Counted from the whole stretch's first letter, positions 13,482 through 26,207 are shown. The stretch is DNA of 63,699 bases, filler included, from Octopus bimaculoides (GCF_001194135.2; 9 parts of 7 records of this genome joined end to end with filler, not necessarily neighbours in it); one strand, 5' to 3'. The notes: generated by a model from the sequence alone, not told the origin. Numbers and translations: made by a program.

Positions 13482-13585
13482 TGCTGCTGCCCACACCTTG
13501 GTAAAAAATTATTGAAGAAGTTTCATTCAGTAATGAATCAAACTGACTTTAAATATTTTACCAAGGTGCATAGAGGGCAGCAGCA
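13482..13585 (-). other. 104-nt stem-loop immediately after the TXNRD stop codon
   Basis: Perfect 11-bp helix (UGCUGCUGCCC/GGGCAGCAGCA), a 6x1 internal loop, a perfect 13-bp helix (CACCUUGGUAAAA/UUUUACCAAGGUG), then further pairing capped by AUUCA-UUAC-UGAAU. Confidence 0.8.
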
Positions 13586-13587
13586 AA

Positions 13588-13656
13588 TTAACCTCAGCAA
13601 CCACCAGCTTCTACTGACATCCCACTACTTTTACTGGTAGCCAGGGTAGTAAAAAC
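13588..13656 (-). CDS. TXNRD1: Thioredoxin reductase, terminal coding exon with selenocysteine: VFTTLATSKSSGMSVEAGGC-U-G*
   Basis: Acceptor ctgtttttttcag, phase 0. TGC TGA GGT TAA gives the Gly-Cys-Sec-Gly C-terminal motif, with the Sec TGA at 13594-13596 and the stop at 13588-13590. The tail VFTTL..KSSG resembles cytosolic TXNRD1/TXNRD3 more than TXNRD2. Exact orthology is not established. Confidence 0.96.
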
Positions 13657-13820
13657 CTGAAAAAAACAGAAAAAAAAGACATTACTAAACATCTGTTTGA
13701 TTTCACCAATACAAAATACATGACATAAAATTCAACAAATTATTGTATTTATCATCATTATTTAACATCCATTTTCCCTGCTAGCATGGATTAGAAGGTT
13801 TGACAAGCCAACCCATGCAA

Positions 13821-13873
<53 letters not shown>

Positions 13874-14046
13874 CACACATACGTTTGTATAAACATCCTA
13901 TATTCAAACACAGCTTAAGGCAGCTTCTTCAAAGCAAGGTATTTACCCATGGCCAGACTTTTTTCACAGAAGATGGATATAAACATTCGTAGTGATGCTT
14001 GTTTATAACCATCCCATATATATATATGTATACACACACACACACA

Positions 14047-14190
14047 CTGGATTTCTTTCAGTTTCCATCTACCAAATAAAATTCACCAAGCTTTGAAAAC
14101 ACTTGCCCAAGGTGTCACACAGTGAGATTGAACCAGAAACTACAAGGTGACCAAGCAAGCTTTTTATAGACAACCATATTCCTGCCTATA
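14047..14190. mobile_element. SINE-like repeat family C (gggtttctttcagtttcc.tctaccaaatccactcacaagg...cacttgcccaagg)
   Basis: Similar copies at 37910-38020 and 54255-54415. Confidence 0.65.
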
Positions 14191-14684
14191 CATATATATT
14201 TAACATGTTTGCATACACTCAGACATGGGAATGTATTTTGCTATGGAAATAGTCTGAACAAAAATTTTCCTACTAGACAATGTGTAAAAGCCAACTGGAG
14301 CTGTGAATGACATCATTGGATTGCAGAACTCGAATATTTCTGCATTGTACACATCATTAGCTATGAATACCAAATCTGCCATTCACAAACCAAAAGATCA
14401 ACTTGTTCTTAGATTAGAACAGCAAACACTACATTCACTGATGAGTATGAAGCATGGAGTGTACTTGAACATATTAAATATGACTTTATATGAATATATT
14501 TTATTCAACGCTGCTTTGCGTGACTTCAGTCAATTCTAGCTTGACCAAGCTTTACACTCACATCAGCAAATATACTGTTTGTTGTCCTAAGTATAGTAAT
14601 AAATTTCCCACACTGAGTACTATCCTCCAAAGACACAGCTATAATGGATAATGCAAACATTTCAGTTAGGTGTATCTGATGGAA

Positions 14685-14715
<31 letters not shown>

Positions 14716-14833
14716 TAACTCAACATTTAAGTGAACAATAGAATACATCTATCATCAGGTGATATGTAGAAGGTACAACTTACACATCATAGATTTGTAC
14801 CCAGATAAAAATCAGCAAATTAGACATACTTAC

Positions 14834-14968
14834 TTCAGAACAGGTTGGATGAATTCCAACTGTAGCATTAAAGTCCTTCTTTGTAGCTCCTAATCGCAGA
14901 GCTACAGCGTATCCTTGGGTCACTTCACCAGCATTTGGGCCGACATAATGAAACCCAATAACTTTATC
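14834..14968 (-). CDS. TXNRD1: Thioredoxin reductase, penultimate coding exon: [45 protein letters not shown]
   Basis: 135 nt, phase 0-0, acceptor gttttcag and donor GAA|gtaagt. It carries [10 protein letters not shown] and the GIHPTCSE His-Glu catalytic motif of the interface domain of large thioredoxin reductases. Confidence 0.96.
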
Positions 14969-16314
14969 CTGAAAACAAATTATTCATTAATTATTGATCC
15001 ATATAACAATCTTATCTTATTGTTCTCTCTGTTCATCTCCCATATATCTTAAAAAGAGCTAGAATAAGGGAACTACACTAAACAACCCTTTAAGAATTAA
15101 ATGCCTTCCATTTCAATCATATTCTGATTAGATCTGCAAATATAGACATGTACATGAACACCAAAACCTTGTACAGATAAATGTTATTTACAATATCATC
15201 CAATATGGAATAAGAATGTTTTCTAAAATTAATCTATTGACAAGAATAAAGTGTAACACCTGCAGCAGGATACAAATCAAATGAATGGAGAAGTACTAAC
15301 CATTCTTCCTTCACAACAGAGGAAACTAATTTTTAAAAATATACAAATTCTTTTTCCAAATCTTGTACCCAAAGTATGAGAAACAATAACACTTTGTAAC
15401 AAAAACAATTATTTTTTTCTTTTATTTTTGGCCAGCAAGCGTTATTTTCTATTTACTTCTATCTAGAAATCAAAGGAAGTGACTACTATTCCCTTCAAGC
15501 ATTGATTTTGTGACCATGAATGTTTTGAAACAGACTCATTTTTTCCATTATATTTTAGACAGATTCAGTAATGAGTTGCTGAAGCAGAAATATTGTTATA
15601 GCAAATATTCTGCTCAATACCACAAATTTGTCAGTTGCTTGACCTTAATCACTTGAGCATATCCCTTAGTGGCTGACAATTTGTGCACCTCTAATTATGA
15701 GCAAAAGTAGTAGGGGAGCATCATAGCCATATGATGAGAGGGATTATTTGGGGTTTGAATAAATGTAACAAAAACAAAGTTTGAAAGAAATATTAGCCAT
15801 TTTTCATACTTTCTAGGGTAAAAATCGTGTTACAGTGTAATTTATAATTCCATTTGCATGGCACCAACTTCTAAAATGTAATTTCAAGATTTTTAATGCA
15901 CAACAAAACCATATGTATAAGTAGAAAGACAAGATAAATACAAGTAGGTTAAATGAGTATATTTACAGGGAATACAAAAGACAAAAGCTGCCAAGATAAG
16001 ACATAACTCCTTTCATGCAATTTGTATTCTTTTCTTTCATCTGTATTTTTCATTGCTTATAAATATATGCATGAAGCCTACTTGTGTTCAGCTTGTTTCT
16101 ACTTCCATACCACAGTGAAGATTGCTCTTCCAACTGACTTTCTACACCAGAGGCACATACCTGGGATATAGGAGCTAGATTTTAAGGTTTCAACTATAAA
16201 TGTTACCGAAAGGATATCTATAGCATGCTTACTCTGCATTCTCCAACACACTATATATGCATCGAGATATACACATACGTATAAATTTCGATATATATAT
16301 ATATATTAAAAGAA

Positions 16315-16622
16315 ACAGGCTTGGAAGGACTGGAAGAACGGTGGTAGCAGGGAATTGTACCAATGTGCCAGAAGGGAGGCTAGGCGACAGGTTTATTTAG
16401 CCAGAGGGGAAGCAGATAAGGAAAGATTTGCCAATGTTCTGCGCCATGAGGACCAAAGACTCGAGGTATTTCGTGTTGCAAGACAGTGTAGGAGAGAGAA
16501 TAGTGATGTTGTAGGAGAGAAATGTGTTCGCATGGATGATGGTACGCTTGCATTAAATGAGGTTGCAAAGAAAGAGGTCTGGAGATGCCACTACGATAGA
16601 TTGCTTAATAAAGAAAATGAAT
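16315..16622 (+). mobile_element. RTE-clade LINE fragment (endonuclease-RT linker region)
   Basis: Open frame AWKDWKNGGSRELYQCARREARRQVYLAR...WRCHYDRLLNKENE, resembling the linker (W..HF..LLN) that precedes RT. Cut by a join spacer. Confidence 0.7.
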
Positions 16623-16722
16623 NNNNNNNNNNNNNNNNNNNNNNNNNNNNNNNNNNNNNNNNNNNNTTAATTAATTAANNNNNNNNNNNNNNNNNNNNNN
16701 NNNNNNNNNNNNNNNNNNNNNN
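16623..16722. other. Artificial assembly join spacer N44-TTAATTAATTAA-N44 (first of eight)
   Basis: Identical 100-bp spacers at 16623-16722, 37521-37620, 39680-39779, 45339-45438, 53111-53210, 58838-58937, 60395-60494 and 61915-62014. The 12-mer has stop codons in all six frames. Confidence 0.95.
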
Positions 16723-17345
16723 ATATCCTTGCATCTGCAGGCATCCCCTCAATTAAAGCCATGATTTTGAGGAACCAATTGAGATAGTGTGGCCATATTG
16801 TTCGAATGGCAGATGAACGCATGCCGAAACAGCTGTTTTATGGTGAGCTTGCAGAGGGGAAACGTTATCGGCATAAACCTAAAAAAAGGTTTAAGGATGG
16901 CATAAGGACTGCTATAAAGTCAATTGGAATGGCTCCAAAAGACATAGAAGCCCTCGCTTCAGATCGAGTTGGATGGCGAACAAGGGTGTGGAGTGGAGTG
17001 AAAGCTTTTGAGGAGGCCAGGATGATGCAAGCAGGGCTCAAAAGATATTTAAGGAAAAATGTAAAGACTGAGAAGGTGAATGACAAGGACCTTTTTGTGT
17101 GCAAAGTCTGTGACAGACCATGTCTGTCCTTGGCTGGTCTCAAATCTGACCTGCGAACCCATGGAAAACAAACCTCATCCAGCTATTCTGATTATATGTC
17201 TGTGCACACGTTTGAATGTGATGTGTGCCAGAGGGTTTGCAAATCCAATGGGGTCTTAAAAAACATGTTAGGATCCACAATGAGCAGAACTTACTTGCTG
17301 GTATTGGTAGTGCAAATCAGAGGTGCAATCTGTATGGGTGTTTTT
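16723..17345 (+). mobile_element. RTE/BovB-like LINE ORF C-terminus with two C2H2 zinc fingers, decayed
   Basis: IKAMILRNQLR*CGHIVRMADERMPKQLFYGELAEGKR...PKKRFKD is a typical RTE post-RT signature. It is followed by CKVCDRPCLSLAGLKSDLRTH and by CDVCQRVCKSNGVLK(K)HVRIH after a 1-nt frameshift. Confidence 0.9.
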
Positions 17346-19369
17346 TTTNNNNNNNNNNATATATAAATGTAAGTATGTATGCATGTATGCATGAATGTAT
17401 GTAATATTTGTGTGTCTGTGCTTGTTGCCTCCAGCATCGCTTAACAGCCGATATTAGTGTGTTTATGTCCCTGTGGTATACCAGTTCGGCAAACGAGATC
17501 GAAAAGTTAAGTGCTAGGTTTGCAAACAATAAGTCCTTGTGTCTATTTTTTCCACTAAAGGTGGTGCTCCATCATTGCCTCAGGCAACTGAAAGCGGTGA
17601 AAGAATAAAAGAATATATTTCAGTAATTACTTTTCGTACAGAGAGCATAAATTTGCCAGAGGAAAGAATGAAGTTGCGTCCTCTTAAGAAGCTGGTATAT
17701 CTCTCAATACCAAAGCTTGGTACCAAACACTCTACGACACTTCGTACGGGAAAGCACACTTTCATCAGTCGGATGCTTCTAAGCCCTATTATTAGAGTAT
17801 TTCCTGTAGTCATTACATGGTGATCGCTTATAAGATTTAAGCCTAGAGTATACTATTATTTTTATTTACAGAATTGTAAAAATTGACGCAGCTTAACAAA
17901 AAAAAAAAAAAATCGAAGAAAAAAGTTCTAAAAATGAAAGATTGTTTACATCAACAACAAAATGAACTAATAATAGTTCTTAAATCAGACGAAAAATCCA
18001 TGGTTGTACGTTTGTGGAAATGGTTAGTACATTTGTGACGAGAACAAGATGATGTACGTATCTCCGGTGTACGAGTAAGCAAACTTCTCTTTCCCATCGA
18101 GGGCTTATAGGCCCCATTATAAGACTATTTTCTTTAGTCGCTGCATACGGTGATTGCTTATACGTTTAAAGCTTATAAGATAATATATATATATNNNNNN
18201 NNNNNNNNNNNNNNNNNNNNNNNNNNNNNNNNNNNNNNNNNNNNNNNNNNNNNNNNNNNNNNNNNNNNNNNNNNNNNNNNNNNNNNNNNNNNNNNNNNNN
18301 NNNNNNNNNNNNNNNNNNNNNNNNNNNNNNNNNNNNNNNNNNNNNNNNNNNNNNNNNNNNNNNNNNNNNNNNNNNNNNNNNNNNNNNNNNNNNNNNNNNN
18401 NNNNNNNNNNNNNNNNNNNNNNNNNNNNNNNNNNNNNNNNNNNNNNNNNNNNNNNNNNNNNNNNNNNNNNNNNNNNNNNNNNNNNNNNNNNNNNNNNNNN
18501 NNNNNNNNNNNNNNNNNNNNNNNNNNNNNNNNNNNNNNNNNNNNNNNNNNNNNNNNNNNNNNNNNNNNNNNNNNNNNNNNNNNNNNNNNNNNNNNNNNNN
18601 NNNNNNNNNNNNNNNNNNNNNNNNNNNNNNNNNNNNNNNNNNNNNNNNNNNNNNNNNNNNNNNNNNNNNNNNNNNNNNNNNNNNNNNNNNNNNNNNNNNN
18701 NNNNNNNNNNNNNNNNNNNNNNNNNNNNNNNNNNNNNNNNNNNNNNNNNNNNNNNNNNNNNNNNNNNNNNNNNNNNNNNNNNNNNNNNNNNNNNNNNNNN
18801 NNNNNNNNNNNNNNNNNNNNNNNNNNNNNNNNNNNNNNNNNNNNNNNNNNNNNNNNNNNNNNNNNNNNNNNNNNNNTATATATATATATATATATATATA
18901 TTCGGACCAGTGAAGTCGATTCTAATGTATATGGATTAATGGAACAAAGATAGAATTATACATGGAGTAATGGGCATAGAATATCAGGTGAGTAACTTCT
19001 CCGCTCTATCTCACATTGTCTTTCGCTCTTTCTACACATAGCTATACACATAGCTAAACACGCACACTCTCGCACACTTATGCGCGCGCACACACACACA
19101 TACACACACACATTGCATGTATGTGTATTTTTGTAGAATATGTGTTTATGGGTTTGCCACCGGCAGTTGTGTATTTGTATATTAGTATAATGATAGATTG
19201 GTTGATGGGCCGTGGAAAGCCAGCATCTTGCCTCGATGTATTGTCATGTACCGACGCACACATATTTGCACACACGCATATATTTCCATACGCATCACGT
19301 GGTGTGCGCCTGGGCGTGTTTAAGTGAATATATCATAATATGCCTATGTGTGATTGAGAGAGTCAGTAA

Positions 19370-19404
<35 letters not shown>

Positions 19405-20185
19405 TATNNNNNNNNNNNNNNNNNNNNNNNNNNNNNNNNNNNNNNNNNNNNNNNNNNNNNNNNNNNNNNNNNNNNNNNNNNNNNNNNNNNNNNNNNNNNN
19501 NNNNNNNNNNNNNNNNNNNNNNNNNNNNNNNNNNNNNNNNNNNNNNNNNNNNNNNNNNNNNNNNNNNNNNNNNNNNNNNNNNNNNNNNNNNNNNNNNNNN
19601 NNNNNNNNNNNNNNNNNNNNNNNNNNNNNNNNNNNNNNNNNNNNNNNNNNNNNNNNNNNNNNNNNNNNNNNNNNNNNNNNNNNNNNNNNNNNNNNNNNNN
19701 NNNNNNNNNNNNNNNNNNNNNNNNNNNNNNNNNNNNNNNNNNNNNNNNNNNNNNNNNNNNNNNNNNNNNNNNNNNNNNNNNNNNNNNNNNNNNNNNNNNN
19801 NNNNNNNNNNNNNNNNNNNNNNNNNNNNNNNNNNNNNNNNNNNNNNNNNNNNNNNNNNNNNNNNNNNNNNNNNNNNNNNNNNNNNNNNNNNNNNNNNNNN
19901 NNNNNNNNNNNNNNNNNNNNNNNTATATATTTCTTACAGCAGAAACCTACGATTATGTTATCTTCTGGTATTGCAAACACGGAGAAGGATTACGACAGCC
20001 AATCTAAATAAGAGAGTTTCCGACGCATGCTTTCTCACAGGCTGTGTATATAGTGCAACGCATATATTGACATCTGTATTCTTCTTGGCTAAACTAAATA
20101 AACTGCATAAATTCACCGAATTGTATGAGATCACCTTTAGGATACAAGATATCCCTGTTTTATTTCGTATTTTCTCTTCAACCGC

Positions 20186-20460
20186 ATCATCATTATTCTT
20201 CTCCTTCTCCTCCTCCTCCTCCTTCTTCTTCTTCTTCTTCTTCTTCTTCTTTTTCTTCTTCTTCTTCTCCTTCTACTTCTTCTTCATTTTCTTCTACTTC
20301 CTCTTCTTCTTCTTCTTCTTCTTCTTCTTCTTCTTCTTCTTCTTCTTCTACTAATTCTTCTTCTTCTTCTTCTTCTTCTTCTTCTTCTTCTTCTTCTTCT
20401 TCTTCTTCTTCTTCTTCTTCATCATCATCATTATCAGCATCGTCAACATTATCATCATTA
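20186..20460. repeat. (TTC)n/(TCC)n/(CAT)n compound microsatellite
   Basis: Directly visible. It produces the poly-Ser and poly-Phe pseudo-ORFs. Confidence 0.95.
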
Positions 20461-22588
20461 ATGTTGTAGATATGAAATGTTAATGCTGGTTGTGATCATA
20501 ATATAAATGACAACAAGACAACAACAATAATAACAATAAAAACAATAACGGCGATGATGGTTGAAATGATGATTATGATGATGATGATGGTGGTGTTGGT
20601 GTCTTTATCGCCGGCAACTACACCAACTTTCAGACAGAAGGTGATGATTGAGAGGGGTTAGGTTTGTGGTATGGTTTTTGCTATGTGGTCACACTGCAGG
20701 ACGATATACAGGACCTTAGAGAGGATAAACCCTGCAGAATCAATGACCATCCACATAGTATTTCTTTATTAACAGTGTTCTCTATGAAGACAGTTGAGGC
20801 TTAGTATAGCACCAGTTATATGAATGAATAACCCGAAAATAAAAAGCCAAGAAGCAAATTGATGGAAAAAAATTCGACCAAATAGGGCAGGTCATCGGTT
20901 TAGTCTTATTGTCAACGTCCTAGAGATGTATCGATAAACATGACAAGTGTTTGTGACACCTTATCCCCACAATCCTTTTTATGTGTGTAAAGCCAAATAA
21001 TAATTATCAGAACTGTGTTCACGAATCCGTGCCCCTAATGAAGGTCTCTCGCATGGCAAATATTACACTATTTAGCAAACTAACACTGGTCGCTATCCAA
21101 CTATTACTTCAAAAGTAGGAGAACATGGACTGAAATAAAAAAAAGAACTGTAATAATATGTTATTACAGAAGTGAGCCAACCAAAATAGGGTACAGGAAA
21201 AGAATGTATAATATACAGAGAGGTAAAGAGAGATTCCCTATTACAGAATAATGCCTTTTCGACCGGAATATCTAATCGTAGAAAAGCAGTAGTTAGCGAT
21301 AGATTAGTGTGAACATGGCTACGCTGAGCACGAAGAAAAAGAAGAAAAGTAGTAGAATAAGGACAGATGAAAGAACGGCCAAGATGACGGTACATTTTAC
21401 TCCGTGGAAGGAACGAAGCTTAGTACAACGCCTGAACGGTACACGAAATAGTAAAGGGAAAAGACTACTATCATTCGAATAAATTGAACGAACATTTCAA
21501 ATCTATATATGACATATCTGAGACCATAACATATTTTTATAATATGTTGAAGATTTAATGAAGTTTCTTTCTCGCTAAAATCATTGTTCAGATCCCACAA
21601 CATCGATCAGCAACATAACATTAACATAAACGGCTAAGGTGTTAAGGCAAAACTGAAGAGCTCTTCATAAAATTATTCTCTTTAACGTATTTCTGCATTC
21701 CTTAATCTCTTCTGAGGGTTTCAATTGTTGGAATGTAGCCCAGTTGAAGAGCAGCTTTCTAGAGTTAGCATATATTGTGATTCTTCATTTGCCCCAAACG
21801 TTTGATGCAACAAGCAGATTTCCAATTTTGAACGTGCAGTATCTTAGTAGCTATAGTCAGACAAGTACAACGTAACGGAATATGTTAGGATTTGAGTCTG
21901 CTGCAAGTGAGATGTAAACAGTGGTAAACTTTTTTGCGTTGTTGTTTTTTTTTTCCCCCATTAGTCTGTTCATTACTTGTTCTATCTCCATTTTTGTCAG
22001 TTGTTTAATGGCAAAGTATAGAGAATTCATTTACGAAATTTGTATAGAAACTTAATTTATGAAGTGGATAGATCTTCAACATAACGAAAGTGGCTATGAA
22101 CTAGAGGATATAGAACATCGTCTGGGCAATGTCGTATTTACGATATACAATAAACCAATAATCTACGCCAGTAAAATAGGACACACTAGAGCGAGGAAAA
22201 TGGCTGCTGTTACGCAATTGACATGTAGAATGGAAACGACTACCGAGTTTGACAATAAAAGACGAAATGCAGACAAACGATTCAGAAATATAAGACAAAT
22301 AACATCTATAAAACAGGACCACAAAAAAGATAAATAGATCTTTACAAACGAAGTTGACTAAAGAGAGATGTAAACAGTAAAAGAATTAGCAAATAAAACG
22401 AAAGCAGACGTAATAAACTATATTAGAAAGCAGACAAAGGAAACGATACCAATTTTAAAAGAAATAAAGTCGTTCCAATCCACTGCGAATAACAACACAA
22501 GACAGATCTCACCGGAATAACATAGCGTCAAAAAAAAAAAACGGTCAATGTAGAAAACAAGACATGCAAAACATAAATATATGTTCGA

Positions 22589-22622
<34 letters not shown>

Positions 22623-23654
22623 CTGAGTATATGTATGTATGTACACACACACACACACCTACAACTATGCATGAGTGTGTGGGTCTGCATGGGGTGGGAG
22701 TGTGGTTTGTGTGTGTGAATTAAACGGAATCAGCTAAGAAGTCATTTTAGAATGGAGAATAATATGTATTTCAATAGCACAGACGGAAAAGTTTATCTTT
22801 ATATACACTCTAAAATTTCCATTCATTAAGGTTATCTCCCTCTTAATTAATTTTTGTTTCTTTATGCAAATTAACTAGACCACAGGTGTGCTCTATGTTA
22901 TCAATCATACGTGTACCCCCGCTGAAGATCATGTAGCATCATCGCGGCTCAGCACGCACCAAGTGTAGCGCTTGCTGCTGATTTTCACGTGACTAACAGT
23001 GACGTCATTTTCTTTTGTTGGAATGTCCTCATCTATCACCTGAAGGCAATCTACAAAAGATTTATCTTCATGTCATATCGACCAGACTAACTGGATCAAG
23101 AACTTTGAACACTTCTTGGAAATATTCAGGCTATTTGGTTCAGAGTTCCTCATTCGTCGCCAAAATCTTACCAGACTTAAACCGTAAACGGTACACGTTA
23201 ATCGCTTCTGTTTGAGTTAGCCATCGTCAGTTGATACGCATATAGCTCACCATTTCTCAACGTAGATTCTTTCACTTTCTTTTCCTCCTCCAGTGTTGTC
23301 CTCTTTCATTTGAAGGTTTTAGATATTTTCTTCTGTCGAGCGGTTCCCACACAGAAGCAGAGATTTAACTCCGGAGAATCAAGGGCACAGTGGAATATAA
23401 TGCAATATGATATAATACAATAAATTGATTTCAAAATTCGATACTTGTCGAGTAAGTTAAAGAGAGGGTTAAGTCAATTAAATCGACCACACCCCTCAGC
23501 TGTTAGTGCATTTATCTAGCTCAAAACAATAATCTGAATGGAATGTGAACTTAAAACACAAAGAGGAATGAAAAGCCGCTGGGCAGTTTCTTTGGCGTGC
23601 TGACAATGCTGCCGGCGCCCAACCTTATGTAATATACTATATTGCAATGTGAAA

Positions 23655-23970
23655 GCGTATGGCTCAGTGGTTAAAGCGCCGGGCTCACAATAATGAGGTA
23701 GTAAGTTCGATTCCCGAGTCCGGCAGTGTGTTCTGTTCTTGACTAAGACATTTATTTCCCGTTGCTGTAGAAATGAGTTGCGAGATCACTAGCACCAAGT
23801 CGTATCGGTCTTTACCTTTCCTTTGGATAACACGGGTGGCGTGGAGAAGGGAGGTTCGTATACATGTGTGACTACTGATCTTCCGTAAGCAAATATGACC
23901 TGACTTGTGCCTCGGTGGTGGGGGAACTTTCTAGGTGCAAACCAATGGTCACTCGTGACTGAAGACAGTT
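23655..23970 (+). mobile_element. tRNA-derived SINE family F
   Basis: Box A tggctcagtgg and box B agttcgattcc, followed by gtgttct..cttga..aagaca. Related heads at 53925-54043 (minus) and 62821-62990 (plus). Confidence 0.8.
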
Positions 23971-24225
23971 TGACTTTTACCCAATATTGCAATATAATAT
24001 AACCTCATAATGCGGCATACTGACACGCCTGGCAAATTAATTAGCGGCATTTTGTCGATCATTACGTTCAAACGCCGCCGGACTCGAGTCTGCCCCCCAG
24101 TCTTACGGGGTCAACAATATAAGCAACAATTGAACACTGGGGTCGATATAATCGACTTACCCGCAGCTCCGAAATAGCTGGCCTCCTTGCATGACTTGAA
24201 ACCAATATGATATGCTATGATATGG

Positions 24226-24630
<405 letters not shown>

Positions 24631-25206
24631 TATACTTGTGTGTTTGTAGCCGGATTTTCGTATAATCACCTATTTTGCAGCAAGTAATCAGGAATTTGAA
24701 AATCTAATTAGTAAATGAGTTTAATTAAACACTATACCGATTATGACCGTATAGCAATAAGACAATATTCATTTATCAATGCGGTCATCACCGTAATTAT
24801 TTTCGTTTTTATTGTTATTAATTTCTGTTGATTTTATTATTATAGATAAAGATTAAATTGTTGCTGCTATATGTTTAAGAAGCATAAAGATTTCTTTCGC
24901 GTAATGTTGGTAATAATTAGAAAAATATAATAGTATATAGAATAAGAATATAATAGAAATCTTAATATTGTTATTTTATTAGAATTACTATTATCGGCGG
25001 AAGTATTCCTATTAATGCTAATGGCGTAGATAATTTTTCAGTTTTCTATTAAACTAATGAATGTAATGACTGGTGATGATAACAGTAGGAACAATGACTT
25101 TTTTAACGACGTAATTGTTTCGTAGGTAAATTATAATCACAATAACAAATATCGTGATATTGCTGCTACGACTAGTACAATTATCAATGATAACAATCCT
25201 TTCTAG

Positions 25207-25427
25207 TATGGGCTTCAGAAGGCCTGAGATGTGGGGGAAAATCGATAGTCGATAGTCGATTACTTCGATCTCTGTGCTTGACCGGTACTTATTTTATCGA
25301 ACTGCGCAAAGGATGTGAAAGTCGAAGTCGATCTTAGGGGGAATTTGAACTTAAAACTCTCAAAGACTGAAGAAATTCCACTGAGCATTTTGCCCGGCGT
25401 GCTAACAGCTCTGCTACCTCAACTCTA

Positions 25428-25518
<91 letters not shown>

Positions 25519-26207
25519 AACGATAATGATAATAGTAATAATAATTTTGAGAAGGGTTAAGGGAATTACATCAACCTCAGTGATGAACTGGTACTTATTT
25601 TATCAACACCCGAGGGGATGATAGGTAAAATCGCCCTTGGCGGAAATTGAATTCAGAACGGGATGACAGACGAAATGCTGCTAAGCATTTTGCCCGGCGC
25701 GCTAACCGTTTCGCCAGCTCAACAACATTAATAATAATGATAATAATAATCATGATCCGTTCTACGATAGGCACAAGGCCTATTCAGGGAGGGAAAAAAG
25801 TCGATTACACCCCACCCACCAGTGCGTAACAGGTATTTGTTTAATCGACACCGAAATGATGAAAAGCAAAGCCGAACTAGGCAGAATTTGAACTCAGAAT
25901 GTTGCGACAGACGAACTACCTCTAAGCATATCACCCGGCGTGCTAACGATTCTCATTTCTTTATTGCCCACAAGGGGCTAAACATAGAGGGGAAAAACAA
26001 GGACAGACAAAGGAATTAAGTCGATTACATCGACCCCNNNNNNNNNNGGGGAAAAACAAGGACAGACAAAGGAATTAAGTCGATTACATCGACCCCAGTG
26101 CGTAACTGGTACTTAATTTATCGACCCCGAAAGGATGAAAGGCAACGATAAATGGATGAAAGTCGTCTTCGGCGGAATTTGAACTCAGAATGTAACGGCA
26201 GACGAAA
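25207..26207 (-). mobile_element. Cluster of about five family A SINE copies in the same orientation, separated by (CTA)n/(TAA)n
   Basis: Repeated ggcggaatttgaactcagaa...gacgaaat.ccgctaagcattttgcccggcgtgctaac motifs at about 25207, 25549, 25755, 25953 and 26048. Confidence 0.85.

Noticed and set aside
16667-16678. Recurrent TTAATTAATTAA 12-mer as a possible biological repeat or CRISPR-like array
   Set aside because: It is always centred in exactly 44+44 Ns, so it is an artificial six-frame-stop linker.
21315-21482. Short ORF MATLSTKKKKKSSRIR... and the 92-aa ORF at 22059-22337
   Set aside because: No homology recognised. A-rich composition explains the open frames.
23655-23730. tRNA-like sequences with A/B boxes (also 53970-54043 and 56197-56273) as tRNA genes
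   Set aside because: No proper acceptor stem, and they continue into repeat bodies. They are SINE heads.
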